64,000 nt of DNA from Felis catus. Its lineage: Eukaryota. The notes beneath the pieces are model-generated. The model made no database searches, was not told the origin of the DNA, and worked only from the letters and a program-made list of their open reading frames with translations. Shown in pieces: positions 26,833-39,605 of the stretch. The position numbers and the translations under genes are program-made. The first letter of the stretch is position 1. The number at the start of each line of letters is the position of its first letter. The stretch lies in assembly GCF_018350175.1 (NCBI RefSeq), contig NC_058368.1, forward strand, positions 205,904,001-205,968,000, written 5' to 3'.

Positions 26833-27369
26833 GGAAAGGGCGGGCCTACGCCAGCCGACTCCATCTTGTTCTGTGTCCTTCACCTTGACCACACCTCCTC
26901 CCCTTGACTCCATCTTGTTCTGTGTCCTTCACCTTGACCACACCTCCTCCCCTTGACTCCATCTTGTTCTGTGTCCTTCACCTTGACCACACCTCCTCCC
27001 CTTGACTCCATCTTGTTCTGTGTCCTTCACCTTGACCACACCCCCTCCCCTTGACTCCATCTTGTTCTGTGTCCTTCACCTTGACCACACCTCCTCCCCT
27101 CGAGTAAACCCTCCCTCACCTGCCGGACCCTTCCCCAGGACCCCTCCCCAGCCAATCGGCTGAGGCCATAGCCATTACCTCACCAACTGACCCCAGGCCC
27201 CAATAAAACCTTTGTCCTTTTGAAACTCGCTCTTTTTCCCTGGTATCTCACCGCTGCGTCGGTGCAGGTAGGGGATTGAGCTCAAGCTAGCTCGAATAAA
27301 GGCTCTTTGCTTTTGCATCGGACTCGGCTCCCTAGTGGTCTTTGGGGATCACGAATTCTGGGCATAACA
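26833..27369 (+). mobile_element. Young ERV1/gammaretrovirus-type solo LTR
   Basis: 4-bp TSD gtac at 26829-26832 and 27370-27373; ends in CA; CCAAT 27152-27156; TATA-position aataaaa 27202; polyA signal 27295-27300; CpG-rich; no primer-binding site or internal sequence follows. Confidence 0.88.
26857..27101 (+). repeat. Tandem array of 5 x 49 bp in the LTR U3
   Basis: Unit gactccatcttgttctgtgtccttcaccttgaccacacctcctcccctt starts at 26857, 26906, 26955, 27004 and 27053; only two substitutions in total. Confidence 0.97.
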
Positions 27370-30042
27370 GTACTTTTACAAAAATGATAAGAATCCTGAA
27401 GATACAAAGATTGAGTTAAATCTCCACTAGCCTTTGCCCCCCAAATCTGTCAGTCCGCCCTTTGATGTCTCAAACCCTGGGACTCAAACTTTCCCTGTGG
27501 AGATACAGGTCTTTAACAACAGCCACTTTGATAAAAGATAGTTACATCAGGACTCAAAAGTGTGTTCTTTTGTTGTTGTTATTGTCTCATTTTAACACAG
27601 GAAAATCTCTTCCCAGGTTCTTAGTCTGCAAATACAGTTTCTCCAGGTAGTTTCACCTAGTGGACAGTATAGCAAGGATTTCAGGTCATTAAGCCAGCCA
27701 CTTTCTTGAATTAAAGGAAGATATTCAGAGCCTTTTAAGCGTTTTTTTTCCAAACTCTTCAAATATCATAAAAGTTTTGTTTTATTTAACTGTGAAAAAG
27801 CTTACACAGTTGATCGCTTCGGACAATGAACACACTGGGAAAAACCAAGTTTGGTCCAATTTGTTTTCTGTGTTATGCTGATATCACTCCCCTAATTACC
27901 AATTGCATGAGTTGATTTGCATTTAAAAACACATGTTGTAGCAGACTGTAGATATGATTTTTAAAAATCCAGAAGACTTGAGAATTGCGCTATAATAAAA
28001 AGAGCCTTAGCAATCTAACTCCCCAGCATTCTTTTCCAAAAGTGACTTGAGCCCAATTATCAAGGGCTAAAAACGCTGATCTTGTTAGAAGTCTAGAATA
28101 GTGTGAGTGTTGGTGCACCCTGGTGGTAAGCAAAGACGGTCAGACTTGATGTATTTGGCTAATATATTAATCAGAGAAGGCAGCTCTACTGCTTAAACTC
28201 CATTTATATCTCAGCCAGTAATAAACAAACAAATAAAACTCAGCTCTGAGCTTTCTCGCAGGACATTCTTTTGTTGGTGTTTTTTTTCCCCCTTCCATTG
28301 GTCATTAGTCATTGCCTACTTTTTTTTCTTTTCTCATTTCTCCCTCAAAACAGGTGGAAAGGAAGTCTTGGGTTGTTCTAACAGCAGGAGCTGTTTCCCT
28401 GAAAGATTTTAGGCCCTACTTCCTTTGAGGGGAAGTAATGGGAATGTGATATTACAACAAGCAGTGGCCCTCCAATGGCTTGTGGACCCTCTTACAGGTA
28501 CCAATGCTCCTACAGACTGCTAGGCTCACTCACTCCCCATGCTCTGCGCTGGGAGATACTATCACCAGATAAAAGAGAAACCACAAACTGTTGTGGATAA
28601 GGCATCAACTGCTGTACCAGCAACAAGGTAATGAGCATTATGTTGTCAGCACTTATTCTACTGTCTATGAGGCACATAGTCACCCTGGAAAGATCCCAGT
28701 GGTAGAAACGTTACAACACAAAACCTAGTTCACTTTGCTCCATCTCTTGGTGGCCCCAGGCTATACAAGTTTCTTTAAAAGGTAAAGTTTTCTGAAGTCC
28801 TGGATCCAATCTTTGAATATATGGATAGTAATTAGACAAAGTAGGGACCTGTTGAGCCATACATTGGCGAAGTCCATGGAACATTAGCAGCGTCACTTGT
28901 GATCATTAATGAAATAAAAGGCGACAGATCTCAGCAGAATGCAGAGTTGGATTCCTCCTCAAATTAGGAGAAATATGAGAGAGGTGGCCAGTTTGGGTGT
29001 GTTTTGGATCCCCTCATCCTGGCAGCCATCTCCCACGGCCTCACTTGTTGATAGGATAAGTCATCAGTTTCCATCATATTTCATTTGCCTTATGCCACAC
29101 ACTCTGCAGCCTCAGACTCCTAATAAGAGTGTCTACACTCTGGCCACACATCCTCTGAGGCTGCCTTCTTTCTGAGGTCAATAATAATTGTCAAATCCAA
29201 TGGCTAAAGCCAGGTGCTCATGTGCTAAGCTCTACTACATTTGGCCTAATTGTCCAAACCAACTCCTTCCTCTCAGAGTTGGTCTCCCCATGGCTGTTCT
29301 CAGGGGTCTCTGCCTACACCTCTCTCACTCTCACTTCCATTCTGACTGCCCACTCCATCATTCCTGCCTCTCTCAGTATTACCTGTCTTCTTACCCACAG
29401 ACTCTGTAAGGCCTGTAGCGTTGGCTGATGCCCTGTAGCATTAACTTGCTTGTGGGTCTGACTTGCCATGAGGTCAGAGCTGACCCCATGTCTACATGAC
29501 TGTTTGATCTAGTGTACGTTACCATGTGACAAGGTGTAGTCTCCAATCATATTTCTTCAGGCAAGTTTCTGATAGAGAATCTGCTTGATTGCAATCAAAC
29601 AAAAGGATGAACTGACTTTGCGCCAGGTATAAGCCTCTGATCTAATCAGTTGTGGATAGTGGTGGGCATGCTACCCATTCCACAGGTCTCATAGGGAGCA
29701 CTGGACGAAGGCCAGCTGACTATGAGTTCATGGCATAAGAGTTCGTCACCCTGTGCCCCCACCCTATCTCTACCATAATCCATTATTTACCCCTGTCAGT
29801 CCCCTGCCCTCCCTTGTCAATTTTTTGCTACATCCGCAGTGGAAGTTTTGCCATTTTCCCCTTACCTTTTACTCCCTTTGCAAATGCCATTCTTTCTGCC
29901 TAAAAGGTCCTTTACCATTTCTTTGACTGTAAAATTTATCTTTTAACACCCAACTTCTCCCTCTCTGAAACTTTCAGCCTACTTTTGCAGGCACTGCTGC
30001 TCATCTCTGAGTCCCCATTTTCTTTCATGCTTACTTCCATTT

Positions 30043-30242
30043 AAAGTTTTTCTTAATGTTTATTCATTTTTGAAAGACAGAGTGCAAGTGGGGGAGGGGC
30101 AGATAGAGAGAGAGACACAGAATCCAAAGCAGGCTCTAGGCTGTCAGCACAAAGCCCGATGCGAGGCTCGAACCCACGAACTGTGAGATCATGACCCGAG
30201 CCGGAGTCAGACGTTCAACCCACTGAGCCACCCAGGAACCCC
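30043..30242 (-). mobile_element. CanSINE
   Basis: Antisense SINE body; TSD cttacttccattt at 30030-30042 and 30245-30257. Confidence 0.95.
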
Positions 30243-30869
30243 TACTTACTTCCATTTTAGCACTTACTATATCCATGGGCCATGTTTAGTACTAAACTTG
30301 TCTTCCCCGATAGAATTCTTGCCCCTTGAGGTACAGGTCTACCTCTTAGTCATCATAGCTTCTTCACCAATGCTTAGGATACTGTCAGAAATGCAGTAGG
30401 GATTCAGTAAAGGCTTTTTGAAGGAATCCATACATAAGTGAATGAGGTGTTTGGAGTGAACATGGAAATAGTAAATGGGGATTAGTAACAGGGAAAGAAA
30501 AGAAATGATAGTACTTATGCTACAAATGGCAGTCATTCTCTCAGAATGCTTTTTGTGAAACACTTACACCTGTGTTAGGCAAATTTTTACTGTTTCGATT
30601 TCTCTATACAAGGTAAGGCTACATTTATGGGAGAAGAACTTGATACTATAGCTTGTATATTATGCATCCCATTAAAATGAACTTCTTTGCTTTAAAATAA
30701 ACCATAGCTTTTCTTAATGTTGACATCCTGCGGAAATTCTTACCATAGCAAAATTTCAAATTGGTCAGCACTATTGAATCTTTCCAACCTGTGTTAATCT
30801 GGGATAAGAGTAGGAGATAAGAAAAGAATTTCTTTTATAGAAAATGTAGAATTATATAACTTTTTAACA

Positions 30870-31600
30870 AAGAATTCAGCTACCTATCATTACAAATAAA
30901 CAACCCCAAATTTAAGTGGGCCTAAAATAAGTCTTTTACTAAATTTCAAGATTTTGTTAACCACAAATTCAAGTAGGACTCAATTGTATGATTCTTCTGC
31001 TTCATGGGTCATCTACTGTGATCACTTTATGATACTTAGCTAAAAGCTGAGCTGCTCTGGACAGTTGAAGATGGCTTTCTGCCACGTCTAATGACTAGAT
31101 GGGAATGCTAGAAGACTGAGCTCAGCTGGGCTCCTCTCTTGTCTGTGTAGTCTGAGGACCTCTTGAGCACTGAAGCTGAACTTTGTGTATAACAGCTCCA
31201 GGCTCCAAGACACCAAGGCAAAAGCCACCATCGTCCTAAGGATCAGGGCCAGAACAAATGGAGTGTCACTCTCTCAGGGCTCTATTGGTCAAAGCAGTGA
31301 TAAGCTGGGATAGATTCAAGAGTGTGGAGAAATAGGGTGCTTCGGTGGCTCAGTCGGTTAAGCAACCGACTCTTGATTTCAGCTCAGGTCATGATCTCAT
31401 GGTTTGTGAGATTAAGCCCACGTTGGGCTTTGTGCTGTCAATGCAGAGCCCACCTGGGATTCTCTGTCCCTGTCCCTGTCCCTGCCCCTCTCCCACTCAT
31501 GCTCTTTTTCCCTCTCAAAATAAATTAAAAACACTAAAAATAAAAGAGTGTGGCAAAATATACTTCATCTTTTGATGGCATGTGATATAGGCAAAGAAGA
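30870..31600 (-). mobile_element. MaLR LTR (MLT1F/G/H-like) containing a CanSINE
   Basis: aacaaccccaaatttaagtgg, gaagatggcttt, ctgagctcagctggg, ctattggtcaaagcagt...agattcaagag. Confidence 0.6.
31335..31543 (+). mobile_element. CanSINE
   Basis: SINE head, body and tail; TSD aagagtgtgg(ag/ca)aaata at 31318-31334 and 31544-31560. Confidence 0.93.
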
Positions 31601-31636
31601 AATAAAGACGGACAGCTACTCCAGAAATATAACTTT

Positions 31637-32504
31637 TCTTTCATGCTGTATTATCTTCAAATATAAAGTCTTCTAATCACATCATCTAGAGAGCATTTTA
31701 CCCACTGCTCTGTCTGGTTGCCAGTCTCTTGTCTCTTTCTTCAGCAATGGTGAGGCAGACATTATTTCCACAGGAAAGAGAAATCCATGGTTTGTTGCTT
31801 TTGTCAATATAAAAATGTTGGAGAGTTGGGTGGCAAAGCTGCTGCCATTTACATCTTTCACATGAACTACATCAAAAGAACCAGCATGCCTCTCTCTGTT
31901 GATGATCACACCAATTCTTCCCAGGTTAACACCTCTAGTCACCATACACAGATTACCAGTGTCAAACTTGATGGAGTCAGTAAACTTTCCAGTCTGCAGA
32001 TCAATCTGAATGGTGTCAGTCACTTTGATGAAGGGATCAGGATAGTAGATAGTGCCAGCATCATGGATCACCAGATGAAGAAGTCCTTTTGTCCCCACAA
32101 AGATCTTTCTCACTTTGCACAGCTTGTACTTGGTCTCCTCAGGTGCAATCCAATGAATAGCAAAGTGACCCTTGGTGTTGCAGATCAGATGGAAATATTC
32201 CCCAGTCTTGTGTATGCTGACATCCATAAAACCATTAGAGTAGGTTATATCAGTTTGGACCTTGCCATCAATCTTAATAAAACACTGCATACAGATCTTC
32301 TTTACCTCATCTCCTGCTAGGGCACACTTAAGTCTGTTCTTCAAGAAAATGATGAGAGCGAGACACTCTCTTGGTTTATGGGGACCAGTAGATGGACGAG
32401 GAGCAAACACACCGGTCAGTTCATCCAGCGTACAATGCTGAGCCCACTACATGCTTCAGATGTTTCTTGGGACCACGAGCCATGGCTGTGCTAGGCACAA
32501 AAAG
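31637..32504 (-). pseudogene. RPS4X: Processed pseudogene of ribosomal protein S4 (eS4, X-linked type)
   Basis: Intronless; ATG at 32483 reads MARGPKKHLK; ORF-track peptide [11 protein letters not shown]...[10 protein letters not shown]...[11 protein letters not shown]...GRIGVI; frameshifts near 32440 and 31805; native stop (QSSG*) at 31698-31700; pyrimidine 5' end; candidate TSD ataacttt at 31629-31636 and 32505-32512. Confidence 0.95.
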
Positions 32505-33078
32505 ATAACTTTATTACTTTTAAGAAGATAGAGTAGTTTGGTTCAAGTTTCAATCAATCAATGAATAGTTATTGAATATTTATTATGTGACTTATTCTCC
32601 ATTTAATTTTATTTGGCCTGCCTTAAAGTCCTTAAAAGACCTATTTTCATGGAAAACATGTCATTGCTAATGATGTTTTTAGAAAAAAATATATCAATTT
32701 GGCCTTTAAAAAGAACCAGCCCTCCTTGGATTGGGTCTCAGAAAAAGCAGAAGCTCCAATCTAGCTACTTGTGTGACTTCAGGTAGCTTAGTGGAACTTT
32801 TCAAGATTTCTGTTTCTTTATCTGCAAATTTATTTAATTAGTCTTTACTTAGTATCTATTCACTATCTGTACTGGTCTAACTACTGATGATACAAAGAAA
32901 CACAAGACTATTCCCTCGAAGAATGCACAAGGTAAGGGGCACATTCACAAATAATTATGAGGCAGTTTTGCAACACTTGGTACTGATTGCTAAGGTGTCT
33001 TTTATACCTAAAGTATGAGTTTTAATTAACTTATAAATAATTTATATGTAAATGAGTGTCTGAAGAATTTATTCTCTT

Positions 33079-33276
33079 GAGGCACCTGGATGGCTCAGTT
33101 GGTTGAGCATCGGACCCTTGATTTCTGCTCAGGTCCCGATCCCAGGGTCGTGGGATCAAGCCCCACATTGGGCTCTGAACTGAGTGTGGAGCCTTCTTAA
33201 TATTCTCTCACTCTCTCCCTCTACCTCTCTCCCCCACTCACATATTCTCTCTCTCTCATAAAATAAAATTATAAAC
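33079..33276 (+). mobile_element. Older CanSINE
   Basis: SINE body; TSD aagaatttattctc at 33063-33076 and 33277-33290. Confidence 0.93.
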
Positions 33277-33379
33277 AAGAATTTATTCTCCTAAGGATTT
33301 AAAATATGTATCTGTGCAATTTATTTATATTATTCAATTGTAATTAACTGCATTTTAATCTCTTCCTTCAGAGCCATAA

Positions 33380-33500
33380 GACTCTAAGACTGAAAGTGGT
33401 TAGGAATGCATCCACTTCAATTTCTTCTTATATAGATAAGGATTCTGGGAAACAGAGAGGCTAAGGGACTTGTTTTACATCACACAGCTTGTTATTGGCA
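33380..33500 (-). mobile_element. MIR fragment
   Basis: gggaaacagagaggctaagggacttg...cacacagcttgttattggca. Confidence 0.55.
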
Positions 33501-33989
33501 AGGCAGGCCATGCCAACATGTTCCACCCTTCATAGACCTACTTGCCTATAAGGGCATTTTAGTCCTGCACATCTTCCCTCAACTGAGGTGCTAAATTCCA
33601 GAGCTCTCTCAGATTTATTGCATTTTTAAAAAATCTTCTCCAGAACTCTTGTGCTGTTTTGATAAAAAGAACTTTAATCTGTCTACTTCACAACTTCTGG
33701 AGATTATATAGTAATAGGTTAACACATACTTCTTTGGCCATGGAGGAAGGCTGACTATATAAACACTAAGACATACTGTTACAAGTTCTATTTCCATTTG
33801 TTATACATACAGCTCCTAACTGGAGTGAGATTAAAAAACAGTTACTCACAAATACAAAAATTTCTTCATTATTCAAACCATGGTATTATTCTATTTTTTT
33901 ATTAATAGTAATCCACAAAACATGTACTAGAGACATGGTTTTCTTTCACTGAGCTGTCAGGAGGAAGCATAGCTTTCCAGAATATTGGC

Positions 33990-34140
33990 ACCAGAAGGGA
34001 CCTTAAAATACTCCTAAGTCAATCTCCACATTTTACAGATGTGAAAGGTGAAGCCAAGGGGTCAGTAGCCTTTTCTAAATTTCCAGACAGTCTTACCCAA
34101 ACTAAACCAGAGTCCAGCTTTCTGATTCCCAGGCAGTGCC
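33990..34140 (-). mobile_element. MIR fragment
   Basis: agaagggacctta...cattttacagatgtgaaa...ttctgattcccagg. Confidence 0.55.
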
Positions 34141-37100
34141 CATGGCTAAATGAAAGAGCTTTGCTGGAACATTCTCAGAAAATTGTATTCTCGTTTTTGA
34201 TAATGAAAGGATGCAATTAAAGCTATCCTCCTCCAAAAAGATGTGCTGATATTTTGCTATACATCAGAGAAAAGCTTCCAAAGTCTCTCCTGCTCTCATT
34301 CATGAAGATATTTTCTCCTCAAGCCATTCAATCGGCCTACAAAGATGTGCTTGGATAATCAGTAAACATTCAATTTGTCTTAATGAAAGTCAGACAAAAG
34401 GGATGAGACTTCCATGTTTGCCCCAGTGATTTTCATTGATGTCAAAATGGTTTGCTATGGAAATTCCCTGAGCCATTGTCTTCTGCCCACGGATGTTTTT
34501 CTCAACGTTTTCCAAGTTAAGGAAGGATGTGTGTCGACATGCTATGAACCAGAGCAGAAACCAGCAGGAAAGGGCCACCCGTCAGCAGTCCTGAGTACAC
34601 TGATGCTCGGGAGCGGCATATGCGTCTTTCTGCTACTTCTCTTCCTTTACCCCCAAAGACTGTGACATCTTCCTGTCTAAGTTTTCTTCATCTCTGCTCA
34701 CGTTTCCGTCTAAACATCTACCCCTATCTTACTGTGGTCTTTCTTGTGTTTTCTTTTTCTGCAAGTATGGGTCCAAATCTATTTGAAAACAGGACAGTGT
34801 TCAGGCACTGCAGTATTCATGTCACATAAACGAATCATCTGAGAGAAAGAATGGATACTTCACTTTTATTCTTTATGTATTGATGTTATATAGACTTAGC
34901 TTTGCTCCACCTGTATTTGGAGTTGAATAGGAAGCCTTTAGTTTATTTTAAAAATGGGCCCCTGCTGAGTAGCCTCACCTCTTTTGACCTAATTATGAAG
35001 AAAACACCTAGACCTTTAAAAATATTCTGATTCTGACTCCCAGACAGACTGTTATTGAATTAGATCTGACCTTTGGGGCACAAACCCCTTAGGCAATCCA
35101 CTTACTCTTTTCAGTGGGGTTTGCTGATATTTTCCTCTGGTTCTAATGTAGCTTAAACTCCTGTCTTTAAGACAGCTTTTAAAAAATTAGAGAGAAAGCA
35201 AAAAGCTAGCCTCAAGGCAAACAGTCCAAACTCACCGCTTTGGCAGGCTGAGAAATCTCCATTTGGTTGTGGCAGCAAGCCTAATGAGAAGAAAGCCATT
35301 AATTAAATAAACAAAACGTTGCATTTTGGTCAGAGGGACAATATAGGTAGCAGCGCATTAGCCCTTGCCAAACCCTTTCTAGGAGAGAATTACACCTGTT
35401 CTAAGGAGTTGGTTTTGTTTAACCTACCACAATTACTTCCAGAGAAAGAACTTCAGAGTATATGCTTGTGAATCATCAAGCTTCTCCTATACTTTGGCTT
35501 TATCTTAGAGGCTAAAGTTAACTGTAACATACTGACTGTATTTCTTCCGCATGAGTAGAGATTAAAAGACAGAACTATCCCGATCTCCAGGTTTTAGGAG
35601 ATACATCTCCTAGAACAGTCCTCTTGGCTTTTTCTTAGACGACTTCGCTTGTTGACTCCTATACCCTTGGTGTCTTGTGACCTACCCTGGAAAACTGGGA
35701 CTACCCCACTCTGGGTCCTGTCTTCTCTCCACTGCACTAGTGATGGTGGAGACAGATGATGTAAAAAGCCTTGAGTGCTGTTCTTTCTCTATTATCTGGT
35801 CCCTAGCACAGCTGTGGTACCTCATTGGAACCTGGCCTAATGGTTTTATGCAGTCAGATAATTATTCACAGGACTTATCTTCATTGAGCACATGCTGGGG
35901 AGAAAAATAATAGCAGGATACAGGAAACATTATCTGCCTCAGATTCAAAATTGGCTTCCAGTGACTTGATTCTGGTTTATGTTATGAAAGGGAAATGAAT
36001 AGTCTGCCTGTCGTTGTTATGAATGCTTTTGTTGAGCCCCTTACCCCATAACTTCACAAGCATACATTGGAAAACATAGGTTTTTCACACTGTTTTCCAA
36101 TGATGGGGTTGAATCACAGAACCAGCTACATTTTCTCTGCTGGTCCTTGTTGGAAACCATGGCATGTATTTGTGCCATGGTATTGGGGGCGGGGCGGGGG
36201 GGGGAGTCCTGTCTGTATTTGAGTTTATGTGTTATGGCTCCAGGTGACCTTTGCTAAACATAGGAATATAACCTGAAAGTGGGAATACTGACCCACTGAT
36301 CCCTAATGAGCATGATAACAAGTTTGGCTAAAATCAGGTAGCTTGAATCCAAAGCCATAAAGAGAGATAGAGAGATTTTGATAGAGGAGATGATTAAGAA
36401 AGATTTCTTGGAAGTTCAGATTGTTTTAGGTAGTAAAAATAAAGACACTATACACTGAGGAACTATTGCACAAGATCTGGGACCCCAGACAATGCTTAGA
36501 GAAAAAGAGCCAGGAGGTCTGGGAGGAGAGGAGCCACAGCAAAAGCTGGGAGATGGGAGGGGGGGTGGTTGGTGATGAGAAATAAGATAAGACAGCACCA
36601 AAGGCAAACCTTGAGCCAAGCTCACCTTTGATTTGAATGTGAACTTTGAGGAATTCATAGGACCTTAAAACAAAGAGTAAATATTGTTCAGATACATTAC
36701 TTAAAATTTGTATTTAGACCTTTTAAAAAGTCAAATCATCTTAAAACAACAAACATCTTGTAGCCAACTTACTGAAAGTTTTGATTCATCCTTCTCAAAT
36801 GAAACAGTGGGACTATTGGCCTGTAAATCACCAGCATATGGTCACTTGTTCTATGGGGCACCATAAGAACGGTCAGTACCTCCCATGGTCAATGTTGGGG
36901 AGGTACCTCCATGAAAGAGCCTTCTGCTTCACCACTAATTTAATGACTCCATGCTTCAATCCAATCCTAATTACAAAAACAAAAATCACATCAACTTACA
37001 TACTCCAGCATTTCATATTGCAATATCTGTCGTCCTTAGGTTGTAGCCAAGATGAAAACACTGGCCAAAATGATTTGAAAAATAAAACTTATTTTACCTT

Positions 37101-37517
37101 GTGACCAAAGAGTAAAGAATCAGGTACCTAGGAGGAATGTGCTTCTGTTTGAAGGAATGCTTTTCAGGTGGTGTTTTACATCTGAAATGCTTTTCTGACA
37201 TTATTTTACATTTATACCTTCTACTGGATGTTCAAACATATTACCTAGTTAATTAAATCTTTTCACAATTTTGTAACACCTGTTTTCAGAGTGACTCCAA
37301 ACAGCAGTGACATATGAGGTTTAGTCATGACCAAATGAGTCACAGTATACACAGAAGTAAAATTTCTAATAACATCAAATGTCCTAAATCAAAGAATGTT
37401 TTCCAATTTTTTGGTGATCTCTAAGAATGGAAATATAAACAAAGATTAAATTTCATCCCAAAATTGGCAAGTGAGTTATCCACACACATGAATAGTCTTT
37501 AAAATGGTCTTTTAAAT

Positions 37518-37724
37518 TTTTTGTTTAACATTTATTTATTTTTGAGAGAGAGACAGAGCACAAGGGGGGGGGGGGGAGGAGCAGAGAGAGAGGGAGACAC
37601 AGAAGTTGAAGCAGGCTCCAAGCTTTCAGCCCAGAGGCCAATGCAGGGCTTGAACTCACAAACCATGATATCATGACCTGAGCCAAAGTCAGATGCATAA
37701 CCGACTGAGCCACCCAGGTGCCCC
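37518..37724 (-). mobile_element. CanSINE
   Basis: Antisense SINE; TSD aaaatg(g/a)tcttttaaat at 37501-37517 and 37726-37742. Confidence 0.95.
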
Positions 37725-38183
37725 CAAAATGATCTTTTAAATCATCCCAGGAAACTCAAGCTTCCTGCTTGGTGTGTATGCTCAGAAGTCCTCCAAGAGA
37801 GTGAAAAAGTAGTAGAAAGAGGCCCTTCCTGAGGAGAAAGGCTACAGGAAGTAGAATGTGGAATAAATAGGAAGGCATATTGGTTTCCTATGGTGAATTC
37901 CTTCCTGATTTTCACACCACAGTACAAACCTGAGCTCCTGCTCCATTTTAAATTACTTCAAGCAGCTTCTACCACATTGGAGTGGGACCGTAGGTTGACT
38001 ATAAATTTTCTGTTTTCTATGAATCTACCCCTCTTTGTTTTCTGTTTGTACTTTGTTCCTCCTCCCTACCCACCTTAGTTCTTCGATTCCAGTTTTGTGA
38101 AATCCACTTTAGGAAAAGTGGAGTTTGAAAGGAAGGAAGGACAAAGAAGAAAGAAAAGAGAGATAGAAGAAAGGAAAAGAGAT

Positions 38184-38238
38184 GGAAGGAAGGAAGGAAG
38201 GAAGGAAGGAAGGAAGGAAGGAAGGAAGGAAGGAAGGA
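38184..38238 (+). repeat. (GGAA)n microsatellite, about 13 units
   Basis: Read directly from the sequence. Confidence 0.97.
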
Positions 38239-38497
38239 TAGAATTTGCTTACTCATCCTAAATTGACAGGACTTTCTTTTCTTTTTTTGCCAGTTGTTTT
38301 CCTTGCTCCAAAAGAACATGTCTTGCTTGTTACAGTAGTTAAAATGTTTCATTCAGTAGAACTTTTTTAATTTAGTTTCTGTGTATTCCAAAAGTTAAAG
38401 CCAGGATTTGAAAAGTATTTTGAAAGCAGGAAAAATCACCCCTTCTGGTGTAGTGCTATTGTTATTTTTAAAAATCTCATTAAAAATGAAATAAAAG

Positions 38498-38563
38498 GTC
38501 CTGAAACTGATATAACACTGTATGTTAACTATACTGGAAGTAAAATTAAAAACTTAATTTTAA
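38498..38563 (+). mobile_element. Ultra-short L1 3' tail insertion (about 66 bp)
   Basis: cctgaaactgatataacactgtatgttaactatactgga is a carnivore L1 terminus; perfect 16-bp TSD aaaaatgaaataaaag at 38482-38497 and 38564-38579. Confidence 0.8.
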
Positions 38564-38616
38564 AAAAATGAAATAAAAGATGTTAATCTTTGGACTAGTA
38601 ACAATTAAAAAAAAAC

Positions 38617-38831
38617 CTTTTTTTTTTAACATCTATTTGTTTTTGAGAGACAGAGACAGCCAGAACATGAGCAGGGGAAGGGCTGAGAGAGAGGGAGACA
38701 CAGAATCTGAAGCAGGCTCCAGGCTTGAGCTGTCAGCACAGAGCCTGATGCAGGGCTTGAACCCATGAACCACGAGATCAAGACCTGAACCGAAGTCAGG
38801 TGCTTAACCAACTGAGCCACCCAGGCACTCC
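38617..38831 (-). mobile_element. CanSINE
   Basis: Antisense SINE; ggact(a/g)gtaacaatt duplicated on both sides. Confidence 0.95.
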
Positions 38832-39353
38832 AGGACTGGTAACAATTCTTAAACTACTGTTGTTTCTATTTGAAACATTATAATTGTAGATAGATTTTAA
38901 ATATTTAGATGCAACTCCAATGTTCTTTCCCTGAATTCACGATTGATAAAAATTGGAGTAAATATTTGTTTCATGTTTAGTTTGTATTTGTTGAAAAAAA
39001 GTAAGAATGGTAGAAAAAAGAAACCAAACACCACCGTTGTGCCTCTATTTGCATTGCCAAGGATGCTGTGGGCTCTGGCTTTTTCACCTGGTCCAGAGGG
39101 ACCCAGATCCAATTTATCCCACCCACACCCTCATGGAAAATTCATGTCTGCCCAGGTTTTCCTCACACTCTGTCCTCACAGGAAAAGGCTGGTGGAGGCT
39201 GCTGGGTGGCCTTGATCACACACACAAAGCCTGTGCTGGATCTCACCCATCAAGGGGCACTCGTGTCTTTTTCTCACATCCCTCCTTCCTAGTTCTGCTG
39301 TTTCTCCTTCTAAAAAAAACAGGACTTGAACACATTAAAAAAAAAAAAGTTTT

Positions 39354-39605
39354 GGGTTGCATGGGTAGCTCAGTCTGTTAAGCATCAACTTCAGCTCGCT
39401 TCACGATCTCATGGTTTGTGAATTCAAGCCCCGCATCGGGCTCTGTGCTGACAACTCAGAGCCTGGAGCCTCCTTCAGATTCTGTGTCTCCCTCTCTCTC
39501 CGCCCCTCCCCCACTCAAGCTCTGTCTCTCTGTTTCTCTCTCCCTCTCTCTCTCTCTCTCTCTTTCTCTCTTGAAAAAACAAACATTAATTTTTTTAAAT
39601 TTAAA
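39354..39605 (+). mobile_element. CanSINE with long CT tract
   Basis: SINE head and body, (CT)n tract, A-rich tail. Confidence 0.93.

Noticed and set aside
26857..27101. CRISPR-like array
   Set aside because: Units are contiguous with no unique spacers, lie inside a retroviral LTR, and the DNA is mammalian with no cas genes.
31787..32320. Long antisense ORFs (this one and those opposite L1 ORF2)
   Set aside because: They are shadow frames of decayed coding sequence with no recognisable protein.
31682..32410. 242-aa ORF as a functional RPS4 retrogene
   Set aside because: The native ATG is out of frame, the C-terminus is frameshifted, and there are many substitutions in an otherwise near-invariant protein.
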